IMG/VR virus record: IMGVR_UViG_3300022916_000005
Length of the DNA stretch: 64,000 nt
Strand: one strand, 5' to 3'
Origin: a virus
Of this stretch, positions 27,749-36,893 are shown one piece after another. Position 1 is the first letter of the stretch. Every line of letters starts with the position of its first letter. Position numbers and translations under genes: made by a program. The notes beneath the pieces are model-generated. The model ran no database searches, was not told where the DNA came from, and was given only the letters and a program-made list of their open reading frames with translations.

Positions 27749-28327
27749 ATGCAATTGGAAGATGGGAAAGGGCAAGGGTATTTTGCGGGAGTTACAAACG
27801 AGAATCAACTACAAGCGAGAGCAGAAACTCATACTATGCAGCATCATGCCAGCCTTTTTTATGGGCAAGCATTTCAAATTATTGGAGATTTTGCAGCATT
27901 AAATAATAATACCTATAGAATTTTGCACATTAAAAATGTAGACCCAAATAGATTTTTGGTTGTAACATATATACGATTAGAAGTTGTTGGAGCTTCTGGT
28001 GGTGACTTTGGAAGTCCAAATACATATTTCCAATTTGGAAATGGAGTAACATATGCTAGTGGCGGTACGATAGTAACTCCTGTTAATGTTAATTTTACAA
28101 GTGGGAATGCTGCCCTTGTCGAAGCGTACGATAACAACCCAACACTAACAGGGACATTCTTAGAATATGACAGATGGTATCCAGATGCCAACGGGTCAAT
28201 GCAAACATTCAATAAAGAAGGTTCTGTAATTCTTGGATTAAATAATGAGTTAACAATTAGCTTAACAACAAATCATACTGCAGGAACTGCCTATGCAAGA
28301 GTGAGTTTCTTTATGGCAGGCAAATAG
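27749..28327 (+). CDS. Putative virion protein
   Basis: LEDGKGQG N-terminus paralogous to the next ORF. Confidence 0.5.
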   Translation: MQLEDGKGQGYFAGVTNENQLQARAETHTMQHHASLFYGQAFQIIGDFAALNNNTYRILHIKNVDPNRFLVVTYIRLEVVGASGGDFGSPNTYFQFGNGVTYASGGTIVTPVNVNFTSGNAALVEAYDNNPTLTGTFLEYDRWYPDANGSMQTFNKEGSVILGLNNELTISLTTNHTAGTAYARVSFFMAGK

Positions 28328-28340
28328 TGGAGATCAAAAA

Positions 28341-28958
28341 ATGACTTTTATTGAAGATGGAACAGGAACGGGGAAGAGAGTGAAAGTAAATAGATACAAT
28401 CACTTGGTTGCAAGGTCTGTCGCAGAACCTCTTCTTTCTTTTGCTTCTCATAATGGAAATTCTTTTGGGCTAGGAACCCCTTTGACAGAAATCTCTGCCA
28501 GCAATTACCCAAACAATTTTAGAAAAGTATTTTGGTTCCAAAACAACGATCCAGGTAACTTTTTTCATGTTGATAGTTTTTTTCTTAATTACGTTCTTAG
28601 TGGCTCTTCTAATGCTGCTGCAACTATGACGGCCACTTGGCATTTTAATGAAAGCGTCCCAGAAGTCAGTGCATCACAAGGAGCGTTTGTTAACCTTAAT
28701 TTGGGGAAAAGTAATGTAGCTCTTGGAGATGTATATTATTGGAATGGTAGTGGAAGCGATGGGTTTTCTGGGCAAACAACGACTACCCCCGGCCTATTTA
28801 AAGAATCGACAGGAGTTGGTCGCATTTCGGTTGAGCTGGGTGGTGCTGTGAGTTTAGATTATGGAAACTCTGTTACTCTTTCTGTTGATGTGAGTGATGA
28901 TGGGTATTTTGCTCTTAGTGTTCTCGGATACTATCAAGGACAAGAAAATACGGTTTAA
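28341..28958 (+). CDS. Putative virion protein
   Basis: IEDGTGTG N-terminus. Confidence 0.5.
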   Translation: MTFIEDGTGTGKRVKVNRYNHLVARSVAEPLLSFASHNGNSFGLGTPLTEISASNYPNNFRKVFWFQNNDPGNFFHVDSFFLNYVLSGSSNAAATMTATWHFNESVPEVSASQGAFVNLNLGKSNVALGDVYYWNGSGSDGFSGQTTTTPGLFKESTGVGRISVELGGAVSLDYGNSVTLSVDVSDDGYFALSVLGYYQGQENTV

Positions 28959-28964
28959 TAAATT

Positions 28965-29600
28965 ATGATTAAAACACAAGTAACAGGAGGTGGCAGAAAA
29001 TATATTACAGAAATATCCAAATATAATGCACTATCTGTTTCTCAAATTATCCCTGACATTCTCCCTAATGGTACAGAGAATCGATACCGTTTCTTTAACA
29101 AGATTGTTGGCAGTACAGGAGCAGACTCTGGAACTACCAGCATGAATGTTGACGGATCAGGAACATCTCAAGAGTTTTATATCGAAGCAAGTCAAGATTA
29201 TGATATTTATATTACAAGGGTAACAATTCTTATTGCAGATACTGCCATTGTTCATAGTGCTTTTGGTAACATTTCTGCGTTAGGAACTGGTTGGGACTTG
29301 TATACACAAGAGTCTGGAGAGGTTACATACCTTCTTGAGAAGGCAAAGACTGGTGGGCAAATTATTGCACGATCTGGTTTGTTTATGCCATATGGTGATG
29401 GAACTACGGCTTGGGAGCTATCAAACTGGACAGGAACTGCAGATGCACAAACAATCCTCCTGCCACTGTCAGACTATGTTCCTGGTGGAGTAAGGCTTGG
29501 CCGAGGAACAAGAGATAGAATTGTAAGCACAGTAAACGATGATTTAACAGGATTGACAGAATTTGAAGTAAGAGCCTTTGGATATAGGCATTACCCATAA
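28965..29600 (+). CDS. Putative virion protein
   Basis: Beta-rich; MNVDGS and NDDLTGL motifs. Confidence 0.5.
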   Translation: MIKTQVTGGGRKYITEISKYNALSVSQIIPDILPNGTENRYRFFNKIVGSTGADSGTTSMNVDGSGTSQEFYIEASQDYDIYITRVTILIADTAIVHSAFGNISALGTGWDLYTQESGEVTYLLEKAKTGGQIIARSGLFMPYGDGTTAWELSNWTGTADAQTILLPLSDYVPGGVRLGRGTRDRIVSTVNDDLTGLTEFEVRAFGYRHYP

Positions 29601-29614
29601 CATAGAGGATAAAG

Positions 29615-30103
29615 ATGAAAAAGAATGAATTAAAAAAAGTATTAAAGCCAATCATTAAAGAATGCATTCAAGATATGATTATTAATGAAGGGTTCTTAAT
29701 TCAATTGATCAAAGAGGTCTCGCAACCTGCCCAAACTATACCTCCATATTCAAATCCGATTGCAACACCGGATGGGAACCCTGTTCAGATGCGACCACCA
29801 ACAATTTCAGAAACACCAAACCAACCAGCAATCGAAAAATTGAGCAGAATGAGAAGCCAAATTCAAGAGCAGATTGGAATTGACGCTTATGACAGTCTTG
29901 ATTTGGGACCGGAGAATACTCCAATTACCGAAGTAAAGAAGGTCGGCAAATCAGGATTGGGAGATTTGGCAGGAACACCAGGGGCACAAAATGTTAAAGG
30001 CCCATTGGCAGGGATGGATCCTAGTGATGCAGGAGTATCAATTGATGGGTTATTCAAGCATGTCGGAAAGAAGTGGAACATGCACATGGATGCAGATAAA
30101 TAA
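29615..30103 (+). CDS. Hypothetical head-module protein
   Basis: KNELKKVLKPIIKE..IINE N-terminus. Confidence 0.6.
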   Translation: MKKNELKKVLKPIIKECIQDMIINEGFLIQLIKEVSQPAQTIPPYSNPIATPDGNPVQMRPPTISETPNQPAIEKLSRMRSQIQEQIGIDAYDSLDLGPENTPITEVKKVGKSGLGDLAGTPGAQNVKGPLAGMDPSDAGVSIDGLFKHVGKKWNMHMDADK

Positions 30104-30128
30104 CAACTAACTAACAAAGAGGTAAAAA

Positions 30129-30353
30129 ATGAGAAGGATCGAGAACAAGAAGAGAAATGTGAATGTAGAGATTGTCAAGAAGTGGCGAGACGAACCGATT
30201 GAAAGAATGCTCAAACGCTTTTCAAAGAAAGTAAAAAGAGAAGGTATCTTAGAAGATTATAAAGAGAGGATGCAATACAAAAAGCCATCAGTTGCAAGAC
30301 ACGCAAAGAAGAGACGTTGTAAGCATCTTCAAGATATTGGGGCTTGGAATTAA
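30129..30353 (+). CDS. rpsU: 30S ribosomal protein bS21
   Basis: EPIERMLKRFSKKVKREGILEDYKERMQYKKPS. Confidence 0.9.
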   Translation: MRRIENKKRNVNVEIVKKWRDEPIERMLKRFSKKVKREGILEDYKERMQYKKPSVARHAKKRRCKHLQDIGAWN

Positions 30354-30381
30354 GACCTTAAAGTAAATTTAATTATTTGAT

Positions 30382-30389
30382 ACTATTTA
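30382..30389 (+). promoter_or_regulatory. Putative late promoter ACTATTTA
   Basis: Upstream of scaffold and major capsid genes. Confidence 0.7.
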
Positions 30390-30415
30390 TTGTAAGATAA
30401 TGGGAGAAATGCAAT

Positions 30416-31825
30416 ATGTCAACAATGCTTGACCAGTCAATTATTGATGCAAACGAATTAAGAAAAGCAATGGAAAAGAATGCTGAAGGTATGCTTTTAG
30501 AGCGACATACTACAGAATTGAAAAGTATTGTTGAAAATCTTCTTAACGAGGAAGATCCAGAAGAAGAGATGAACGCTCTTGATTTTGGAAGTGAAGATGA
30601 TTTGGGACCAGCAGAGCCTAACGATTTTGTTAATTCTATTCCATCTGCAGCAACTGTTGGCGAAAAACTTTGTGCATGTCCCGATGAAGATGAAGAAATT
30701 GAAATCAGTTTTACAGATCTTGTAGATATGGCAGAAGAAGAACCAGCAGACATTTCGGATATGCATGATAGAGAAACGATGGCAGATGAACTAATCGATG
30801 ATGAAGATGAAATGGAATATAGTGATGAGGATTATCTTCGAGAAGATGTGATGGAAACATTGAAAGAGATGTTGGGGGAAGAGATGGAAGAAAGTAGAAC
30901 AGTAAGAAAGCTTCCTCCTTTTGCGAAGGATGACCCATCAGACTACACTATTAAGAGAAAAAGAGGGAAGATTGGAAATGAGATTGATGTAAGCGGTAAT
31001 GAAGTTGTATTTGGTCCAAATTCAAAAAGAACTGAGAAGAGAGACTTCGGGAGAAGTCGAAGAAGGGATCTGAAAAGAGATATCGATAGAGAATTTAAAG
31101 ATTTGGACGAAAGCCTAGAAGACAACATCACTTCAACTGATACTATCGATCCTGTTCCTACTCCTGATGACGAGCTTGGCGGTGGATTATCTACTAGCGA
31201 CGTTATTATGGACATCAACGGTCCCGAAGACATTATGACAGAAGAAGAGATTAATGAGATGTTGAAGGTGGATGTTGAATCTGTATCATCTGGCAATCAG
31301 AGGGCAAATAGAGCAGACTACAAAGACAACGAAAGAATTGAATTGGCAAGACTACAAGATACCAGAGTTAAAGAAGAGTTGAAAGAACTTAAAAAGAACT
31401 ATAGCGAATTGTACGAGAGTAATAAAACAATTTCAAAGAAATACAATGGTTTGCTAGAAGTAGCAAATAAAATTAAGAATAAGCTAAATGAGGTAAACAC
31501 TCATAATGCAAAACTACTATATACGAACAAAGTTTTGAATAGTGCCTCCTTGAATGAGCGACAAAAGACAAGAATTGTCGAAGCTATTGGGAAGACGAGT
31601 TCTGTAGAGGAAGCGAAGATCATCTTTGAAACACTTCAAAATGCAGTGAGAGAAATTTCTAAAAATAAGAAGTCTCCAAATTCACTGAATGAGGCAGTTA
31701 ATCGAGGTTCATCGCAAGTAATCCTATCTGCCGGGAGAAATAAAGGACAGAAAACACTTGATGAGAGTAAGAACCCAGAATTACAAAGAATGCAGGTTCT
31801 TGCAGGAATCAAACAGGCTAGATAA
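30416..31825 (+). CDS. Prohead core scaffolding protein (gp22-like)
   Basis: Acidic coiled coil; NAKLLYTNK; C-terminal RMQVLAGI; directly upstream of the major capsid gene. Confidence 0.85.
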   Translation: MSTMLDQSIIDANELRKAMEKNAEGMLLERHTTELKSIVENLLNEEDPEEEMNALDFGSEDDLGPAEPNDFVNSIPSAATVGEKLCACPDEDEEIEISFTDLVDMAEEEPADISDMHDRETMADELIDDEDEMEYSDEDYLREDVMETLKEMLGEEMEESRTVRKLPPFAKDDPSDYTIKRKRGKIGNEIDVSGNEVVFGPNSKRTEKRDFGRSRRRDLKRDIDREFKDLDESLEDNITSTDTIDPVPTPDDELGGGLSTSDVIMDINGPEDIMTEEEINEMLKVDVESVSSGNQRANRADYKDNERIELARLQDTRVKEELKELKKNYSELYESNKTISKKYNGLLEVANKIKNKLNEVNTHNAKLLYTNKVLNSASLNERQKTRIVEAIGKTSSVEEAKIIFETLQNAVREISKNKKSPNSLNEAVNRGSSQVILSAGRNKGQKTLDESKNPELQRMQVLAGIKQAR

Positions 31826-31847
31826 ACAAACAAGGAGGAACGTGAAA

Positions 31848-33584
31848 ATGGGTACTATTATGGACAGTTTAGCTCAAGGCGTTGTACAACGTAACCTAGA
31901 GCAGGAAGGGCAAGCCCTTTTGGACAAGTGGGAAAAGACAGGTCTTCTAGAGGGAATCGGTGATGATCATTCTCGTAAGGGTATGGCATTGCTTCTAGAG
32001 AACCAAACAAAGGAACTTCTTCGAGAAGCTTCAACGATGGCTGCTGGTGACGTAGAAGGTTTTGCTTCCGTAGCATTCCCTATTGTACGTCGAGTGTTTG
32101 GTGGACTTATTGCAAATGAACTAGTATCAGTTCAGCCAATGAGCCTTCCATCAGGACTGATCTTCTTCCTAGACTTCACCTTTACAGATACTAAGCTTAT
32201 GGCTGGTGCTCTTGCTGGTGAATCAATCTATGGTCAGGATCGAGTAGGTGCAGGTATCATCGACGGTGTCAATATTGAAGGTGGTGTTGGTGGATATGGT
32301 GATGAGTTGTGGAACCTTGAAAAGGGATTCTATTCACTTAACAACGCATATTCTGCCGCAACCGGTACGGTAGCATTATCAACGACTACAGTTCTTAGTG
32401 GCGCAATTGGTGATGGTGATGCAACTAGCTTGAACACTACACCAAAATTCGAAACTCTTGATGCTATGGTAGGTTATGACCCAGATATGATCGGTCTTAA
32501 CGTTGCATTTGGTATCTTCCCAACCAGTTCTATTGAAACTGGTACTGGAAAGATGAACTTCAAGAACCTTGTGGCATTCCATGCTCCTTATGGTTCTGGT
32601 AGTATGGTAAGACGACATACCAATTACTTCATCGACCACGATCAGGCTGACGGACATTACATTGCTGTCGCACTTGTGGCAACTGGTAGTGAATCAACAA
32701 ATGAGCTTTCTGGCGCATTGACTGGTTCTGTTACATTCAGTTACGCATACGCTGACAACTTTGAGGAAGGAACTGGTCTTGGAGCAATCAAGGGTACTAC
32801 ACTATGGCCTTTGGAAAACGAGACAGAGATTCCTGAAATTGACATCAAGATTGATAGCACTGCAATTACTGCAATGACTAAGAAGTTGAAGGCAAAGTGG
32901 ACCCCAGAATTGGGACAGGATCTAAACGCCTATCACAACCTTGATGCTGAAGTAGAGTTGACAAGTATTCTGTCTGAACAGATTGCTCTTGAAATCGATC
33001 AGGAAATCTTGAACGATCTAGTCAAGGGTGCAACTGCCGGTACTTATTACTGGTCACGCCGACCTGGACGCTTTGTTGACCGTTTGACTGGTGAGCTTAT
33101 CAATGTTCTCGAACAGGGTGACTTCACTGGTACTGTTTCTCAATGGTACGAGACCATGCTTGAGACAGTGAACGACATTAGCGCACAGATTCAACGCAAG
33201 GTGCTTCGTGGTGGTGCAAACTTCCTAGTTTGCGGCCCAGAGCTTGCCAATGTGTTGGAGATGACTTCTGGTTTCCGTGCAACCGTTACTGGTGACGAGG
33301 CCAAGGGTACCGCTGGTGTATTCAAGAGTGGAGCAATTAACAAGAAGTGGGATATCTACGTTGATCCTTACTTCCCACGTAATGTTGTTCTAGTCGGTCG
33401 TAAGGGTGGATCATTCCTTGAGAGTGGTTATGTATACTCACCTTATGTTCCACTACAGGTTACTCCTACTATCTTTGGTATCGAAGACTTCGTGCCTCGT
33501 AAGGGTGTCATGACTCGATATGCCAAGAAGATGGTTAGACCAGACATGTATGGCATTCTCATCGTGAGGGATTTGATGGGATAA
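31848..33584 (+). CDS. Major capsid protein (T4 gp23-like)
   Basis: AGGAGG RBS; KWEKTGLLEG, VSVQPMSLPSGLIFF, LKAKWTPELGQDL, YSPYVPL, GVMTRY. Confidence 0.97.
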   Translation: MGTIMDSLAQGVVQRNLEQEGQALLDKWEKTGLLEGIGDDHSRKGMALLLENQTKELLREASTMAAGDVEGFASVAFPIVRRVFGGLIANELVSVQPMSLPSGLIFFLDFTFTDTKLMAGALAGESIYGQDRVGAGIIDGVNIEGGVGGYGDELWNLEKGFYSLNNAYSAATGTVALSTTTVLSGAIGDGDATSLNTTPKFETLDAMVGYDPDMIGLNVAFGIFPTSSIETGTGKMNFKNLVAFHAPYGSGSMVRRHTNYFIDHDQADGHYIAVALVATGSESTNELSGALTGSVTFSYAYADNFEEGTGLGAIKGTTLWPLENETEIPEIDIKIDSTAITAMTKKLKAKWTPELGQDLNAYHNLDAEVELTSILSEQIALEIDQEILNDLVKGATAGTYYWSRRPGRFVDRLTGELINVLEQGDFTGTVSQWYETMLETVNDISAQIQRKVLRGGANFLVCGPELANVLEMTSGFRATVTGDEAKGTAGVFKSGAINKKWDIYVDPYFPRNVVLVGRKGGSFLESGYVYSPYVPLQVTPTIFGIEDFVPRKGVMTRYAKKMVRPDMYGILIVRDLMG

Positions 33585-33608
33585 CGTAACCCTGTCATAA
33601 CGTAAAGT

Positions 33609-33646
33609 AAAAAGGGGTACTCATTGATTTGGGTGCCCCTTTTTTT
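33609..33646 (+). terminator. Rho-independent terminator after the major capsid gene
   Basis: AAAAAGGGGTACTCA-loop-TGGGTGCCCC-T7. Confidence 0.85.
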
Positions 33647-33677
33647 GTCTTTTATCTTGTCTTTTGTAAAAAAGGGT

Positions 33678-33685
33678 GCTAATTA
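33678..33685 (+). promoter_or_regulatory. Putative late promoter GCTAATTA
   Basis: Recurring motif upstream of the homing endonuclease. Confidence 0.5.
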
Positions 33686-33713
33686 GTATATAGCATTAAA
33701 GAAGGAGAAAGAA

Positions 33714-35243
33714 ATGGAGACATGTTTAATTTGTGGAAAGGAAAAGAAAAGTAAAAGAGCATTGGCAACTCATCTTCAAATGGTTCACCACTTGAAATCA
33801 AAGGATTATACAATTCAATATATCTTAAAGGGAGAGCAACCAAAATGTTTGCTATGTAACAATGAGCCTCGTTATGTATCTTTTGAATTTAAACAATATT
33901 GCAAAGAACACAAGAACATTGCAGAAACAAAAGGAGGAAAGAGGGGAGGAAGAGGAGCGAAACTTTCTCTTGACGTTTTCGAAGAAAGATTAAAGGAATA
34001 TTGTTCTTTAAGAAATGTAGAAGATTTGAACAATAGGTATGAGGATTATATTAGCCAGAACGAAAAGAACATTAAAGTAAAATGTAACAAGTGCGAAGAG
34101 GAATTGACGACATCTTTAAATTATCTAAGAGATCATAGTTCAATATGCGGGAATTGTAGAGATCGTTCTACGTCTGAAGAGACAAAAGGCAAAATTTCAA
34201 ACACCTTAACGATGAAGAAGGAAGTATTTGAAAAAAGAGTACTGAATAAGTGCGACACGTTTAAAGTTTTAACAAAATATGAAGAATATGGCTCAAGAAA
34301 ATTACAAAAGAAACTGAAAGTAGAATGTGCAAAGTGTGGAGATATTACTAAAAGAACGCTACAACAACTTGACGAAGGGACTTTATGTTGGAAGTGTAAT
34401 CCGTCTTCAAAGCCGGAGAACGAAGTTGCCGAATGGGTAGAATCTCTTGGACTCGATGTTGTAAGAAACAGCAGAAAGATCATTGCTCCAAAAGAGATTG
34501 ATATTTACATTCCATCAAAAAAGGTTGCCATCGAATATAACGGATTGTATTGGCATAGTGAATTAAATAAAGAGAAATCATACCATTCAGATAAATCAAA
34601 GGCTTGCAAGGATAAGGGCATCTTTCTATTCCACGTGTTTTCAGATGATTGGGAACAGAAGCAAGATGTTGTTAAATCAATGATCAAAAACAAGTTAGGA
34701 CTTAACAAGACAAAGGTTGCAGCAAGAAAGTGCAAGATCATCGAGCAAGAGAAAAACAAACTAATGGATAAGTTTTTTAATGATAATCATTTATTAGGGC
34801 ATGTTCAAGCAACTAAAGGATTTTTCTTGGAATATAACGATCAGGTTGTTGCAGGAATTACGCTAAGAAAGCCTGCACACAGAAAATATAAAGGATCAGT
34901 TGAGGTTGCAAGGTTCACAACAAAGATCGATACAACAGTCCAAGGTGGATTTTCAAAACTTCTCAAGGCAGCAATCAAATGGGCAAAGGACAATGGTTAT
35001 GAAAAAGTTATTACATATGCAGACTTGTCTCACGGCAATGGCAATGTATATGAGAAGAACGGATTTACATTCCTAAACGAAACAAAGTTAAGTTATTGGT
35101 ATACCGATGGCATCTCACGCTACAATAGATTCAAATTCAGAGCACAAGATGGCAAAACAGAGAAACAAGTTGCAGAAGATAATGGTGTATTCAAGATCTT
35201 TGGTTGTGGGAATAATTTGTATGAACTGCCACTTTCTCCTTGA
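33714..35243 (+). CDS. Hef-like homing endonuclease (Zn fingers, Vsr-like nuclease, GNAT/Mom-like C-terminal domain)
   Basis: EIDIYIPSKKVAIEYNGLYWHS; EVARF..GGFSKLL..TYADLSHGNGNVYEKNGF. Confidence 0.8.
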   Translation: METCLICGKEKKSKRALATHLQMVHHLKSKDYTIQYILKGEQPKCLLCNNEPRYVSFEFKQYCKEHKNIAETKGGKRGGRGAKLSLDVFEERLKEYCSLRNVEDLNNRYEDYISQNEKNIKVKCNKCEEELTTSLNYLRDHSSICGNCRDRSTSEETKGKISNTLTMKKEVFEKRVLNKCDTFKVLTKYEEYGSRKLQKKLKVECAKCGDITKRTLQQLDEGTLCWKCNPSSKPENEVAEWVESLGLDVVRNSRKIIAPKEIDIYIPSKKVAIEYNGLYWHSELNKEKSYHSDKSKACKDKGIFLFHVFSDDWEQKQDVVKSMIKNKLGLNKTKVAARKCKIIEQEKNKLMDKFFNDNHLLGHVQATKGFFLEYNDQVVAGITLRKPAHRKYKGSVEVARFTTKIDTTVQGGFSKLLKAAIKWAKDNGYEKVITYADLSHGNGNVYEKNGFTFLNETKLSYWYTDGISRYNRFKFRAQDGKTEKQVAEDNGVFKIFGCGNNLYELPLSP

Positions 35244-35260
35244 TTTTCGAACGATTCTCC

Positions 35261-35289
35261 TTGACAAGTATCTTATATCATACTATAAT
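35261..35289 (+). promoter_or_regulatory. Sigma70-type promoter
   Basis: TTGACA-17 nt-TATAAT upstream of ligase. Confidence 0.85.
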
Positions 35290-35314
35290 ATAAACAACAT
35301 GAGAGGAGAGGTAA

Positions 35315-36778
35315 ATGACAAAGGTATACGACATTCTAAAAGAGATCAAGGCGACATCAAAGAAGAACGAAAAACTTGCAATTCTTAAAAAGAATAAAGA
35401 TAACGAATTGTTAAAGCAAGTTATCTATCATGCCCTAAACCCGCATTATCGGTATTACATGACAGAGAAGACGATCCCAGAAGATTATAGTATGATTAAT
35501 CCTCAAATTACGCTTGGAGAAGCTATCGAAGATTTGTACAAACTTCATGAACGAAAGATCACAGGACATGCTGCAATTGAATATGTACATGGTCAGATGC
35601 TTGGGTTAACCCGAGAAGATGCAAATGTATACTATGACGTAATTCTCAAAGATCTTAAATCTGGATTCTCTGCCAAGACTGCAAATAAAGTGTTTGGCAA
35701 GAATTTCATTCCAACAATCCCATATATGAGATGTTCTAGTGATGATAAGCACCTTGCCAAAATCAAATATCCCGCCATTTGTCAAGAGAAAATGGATGGA
35801 GCATTCTGTAATATTGTTGTTCACGACAAGGAAGTTGATTTTATAACAAGGAATGGCACAGTATTCGCGGTAAACAATATTGTAAATTCTGTTCTAGGAA
35901 TGACCGAAGAACAGGTTCTTATTGGGGAGATGTTGTACTTGGTTGATGGGAAGATTGCCGAGAGAAAGGTAGGAAACGGCAAGATCAATAAATTAATCAA
36001 GTCAGAACAGACAAGAGAATCAATTGCAAAGAAATACCAAGAAGCCACAACAATCAGACAAAGAGAAAAGTTGGATGAAAAGATTGCAGCTTTAAATCTT
36101 GATTTGTATCATATTGATACGAACATCGTTATGAAGGTGTGGGATATGATTCCATATGAAGATTGGATTAATGGCGAATACAATATGGCATACGAGGATA
36201 GGTTTGAAAAGGTAAAGGAATTGTGCAAGCACTGGATGAATAATGGATCAATTCTCCCTGTTGAATCGCAAGATGTCCAAGACGAAGAAGAATTCAGAAA
36301 GACAACAAGAGCATACATTAAAGAAGGAAAGGAAGGATCGGTTCTAAAGAACAAGACATCATTTTTCAAAGATGGAACATGTCGAGAACAAATCAAAGGT
36401 AAGGCCAAGAGAGATACAGATTTAAGATGTATTGGATGGGAGAAGGGAAAGAGTGGATCAACATTTGAAAATGGTATTGGTAGTCTAATCCTCGAATCAT
36501 CAGACAAAAAGTTGAAGGTCAATGTAGGAACAGGATTTGCAAGATCTCAAAGAGGGCTTGAACCAATTGATACAAATAATATTGCAAAAGGATTGCAAGC
36601 CATTGAAGACTTTGACTTCGATCAGTATACAGGTAAGATTATCGAAGTTGAATATAACGAACTTATTGAAACAAAGTCCAACAGAGAGACGTACAGTCTA
36701 TTCCTTCCAGTATTTGTTGAAGTTCGAAACGACAAGGATGAAGCAGATGGATTAACAAAGATTCAGGAGGATAATTAA
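35315..36778 (+). CDS. ATP-dependent DNA ligase (T4 gp30-like)
   Basis: EKMDG adenylation motif; EGSVLK; VNVGTGF; LFLPVFVEVRNDK. Confidence 0.93.
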   Translation: MTKVYDILKEIKATSKKNEKLAILKKNKDNELLKQVIYHALNPHYRYYMTEKTIPEDYSMINPQITLGEAIEDLYKLHERKITGHAAIEYVHGQMLGLTREDANVYYDVILKDLKSGFSAKTANKVFGKNFIPTIPYMRCSSDDKHLAKIKYPAICQEKMDGAFCNIVVHDKEVDFITRNGTVFAVNNIVNSVLGMTEEQVLIGEMLYLVDGKIAERKVGNGKINKLIKSEQTRESIAKKYQEATTIRQREKLDEKIAALNLDLYHIDTNIVMKVWDMIPYEDWINGEYNMAYEDRFEKVKELCKHWMNNGSILPVESQDVQDEEEFRKTTRAYIKEGKEGSVLKNKTSFFKDGTCREQIKGKAKRDTDLRCIGWEKGKSGSTFENGIGSLILESSDKKLKVNVGTGFARSQRGLEPIDTNNIAKGLQAIEDFDFDQYTGKIIEVEYNELIETKSNRETYSLFLPVFVEVRNDKDEADGLTKIQEDN

Positions 36779-36779
36779 A

Positions 36780-36836
36780 ATGAAAGAAGAAATCAACATC
36801 CTCAAAGAACACCTCAAGAAGTTTGACAAACAATAA
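36780..36836 (+). CDS. Possible 18-aa microprotein or gene remnant
   Basis: AGGAGG 9 nt upstream of ATG; MKEEINILKEHLKKFDKQ. Confidence 0.3.
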   Translation: MKEEINILKEHLKKFDKQ

Positions 36837-36851
36837 TTAACGCTTTCTTTA

Positions 36852-36859
36852 ACTATTTA
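36852..36859 (+). promoter_or_regulatory. Putative late promoter ACTATTTA
   Basis: Upstream of the neck gene. Confidence 0.65.
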
Positions 36860-36893
36860 GAGTGTATCATAATAGTTATGGAGAAGTGTATCT

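Noticed and set aside
31758-31847. Longer ORF-track starts (also 785, 3172, 5574, 6928, 25491, 60361)
   Set aside because: Downstream ATGs have better RBS spacing or avoid long overlaps
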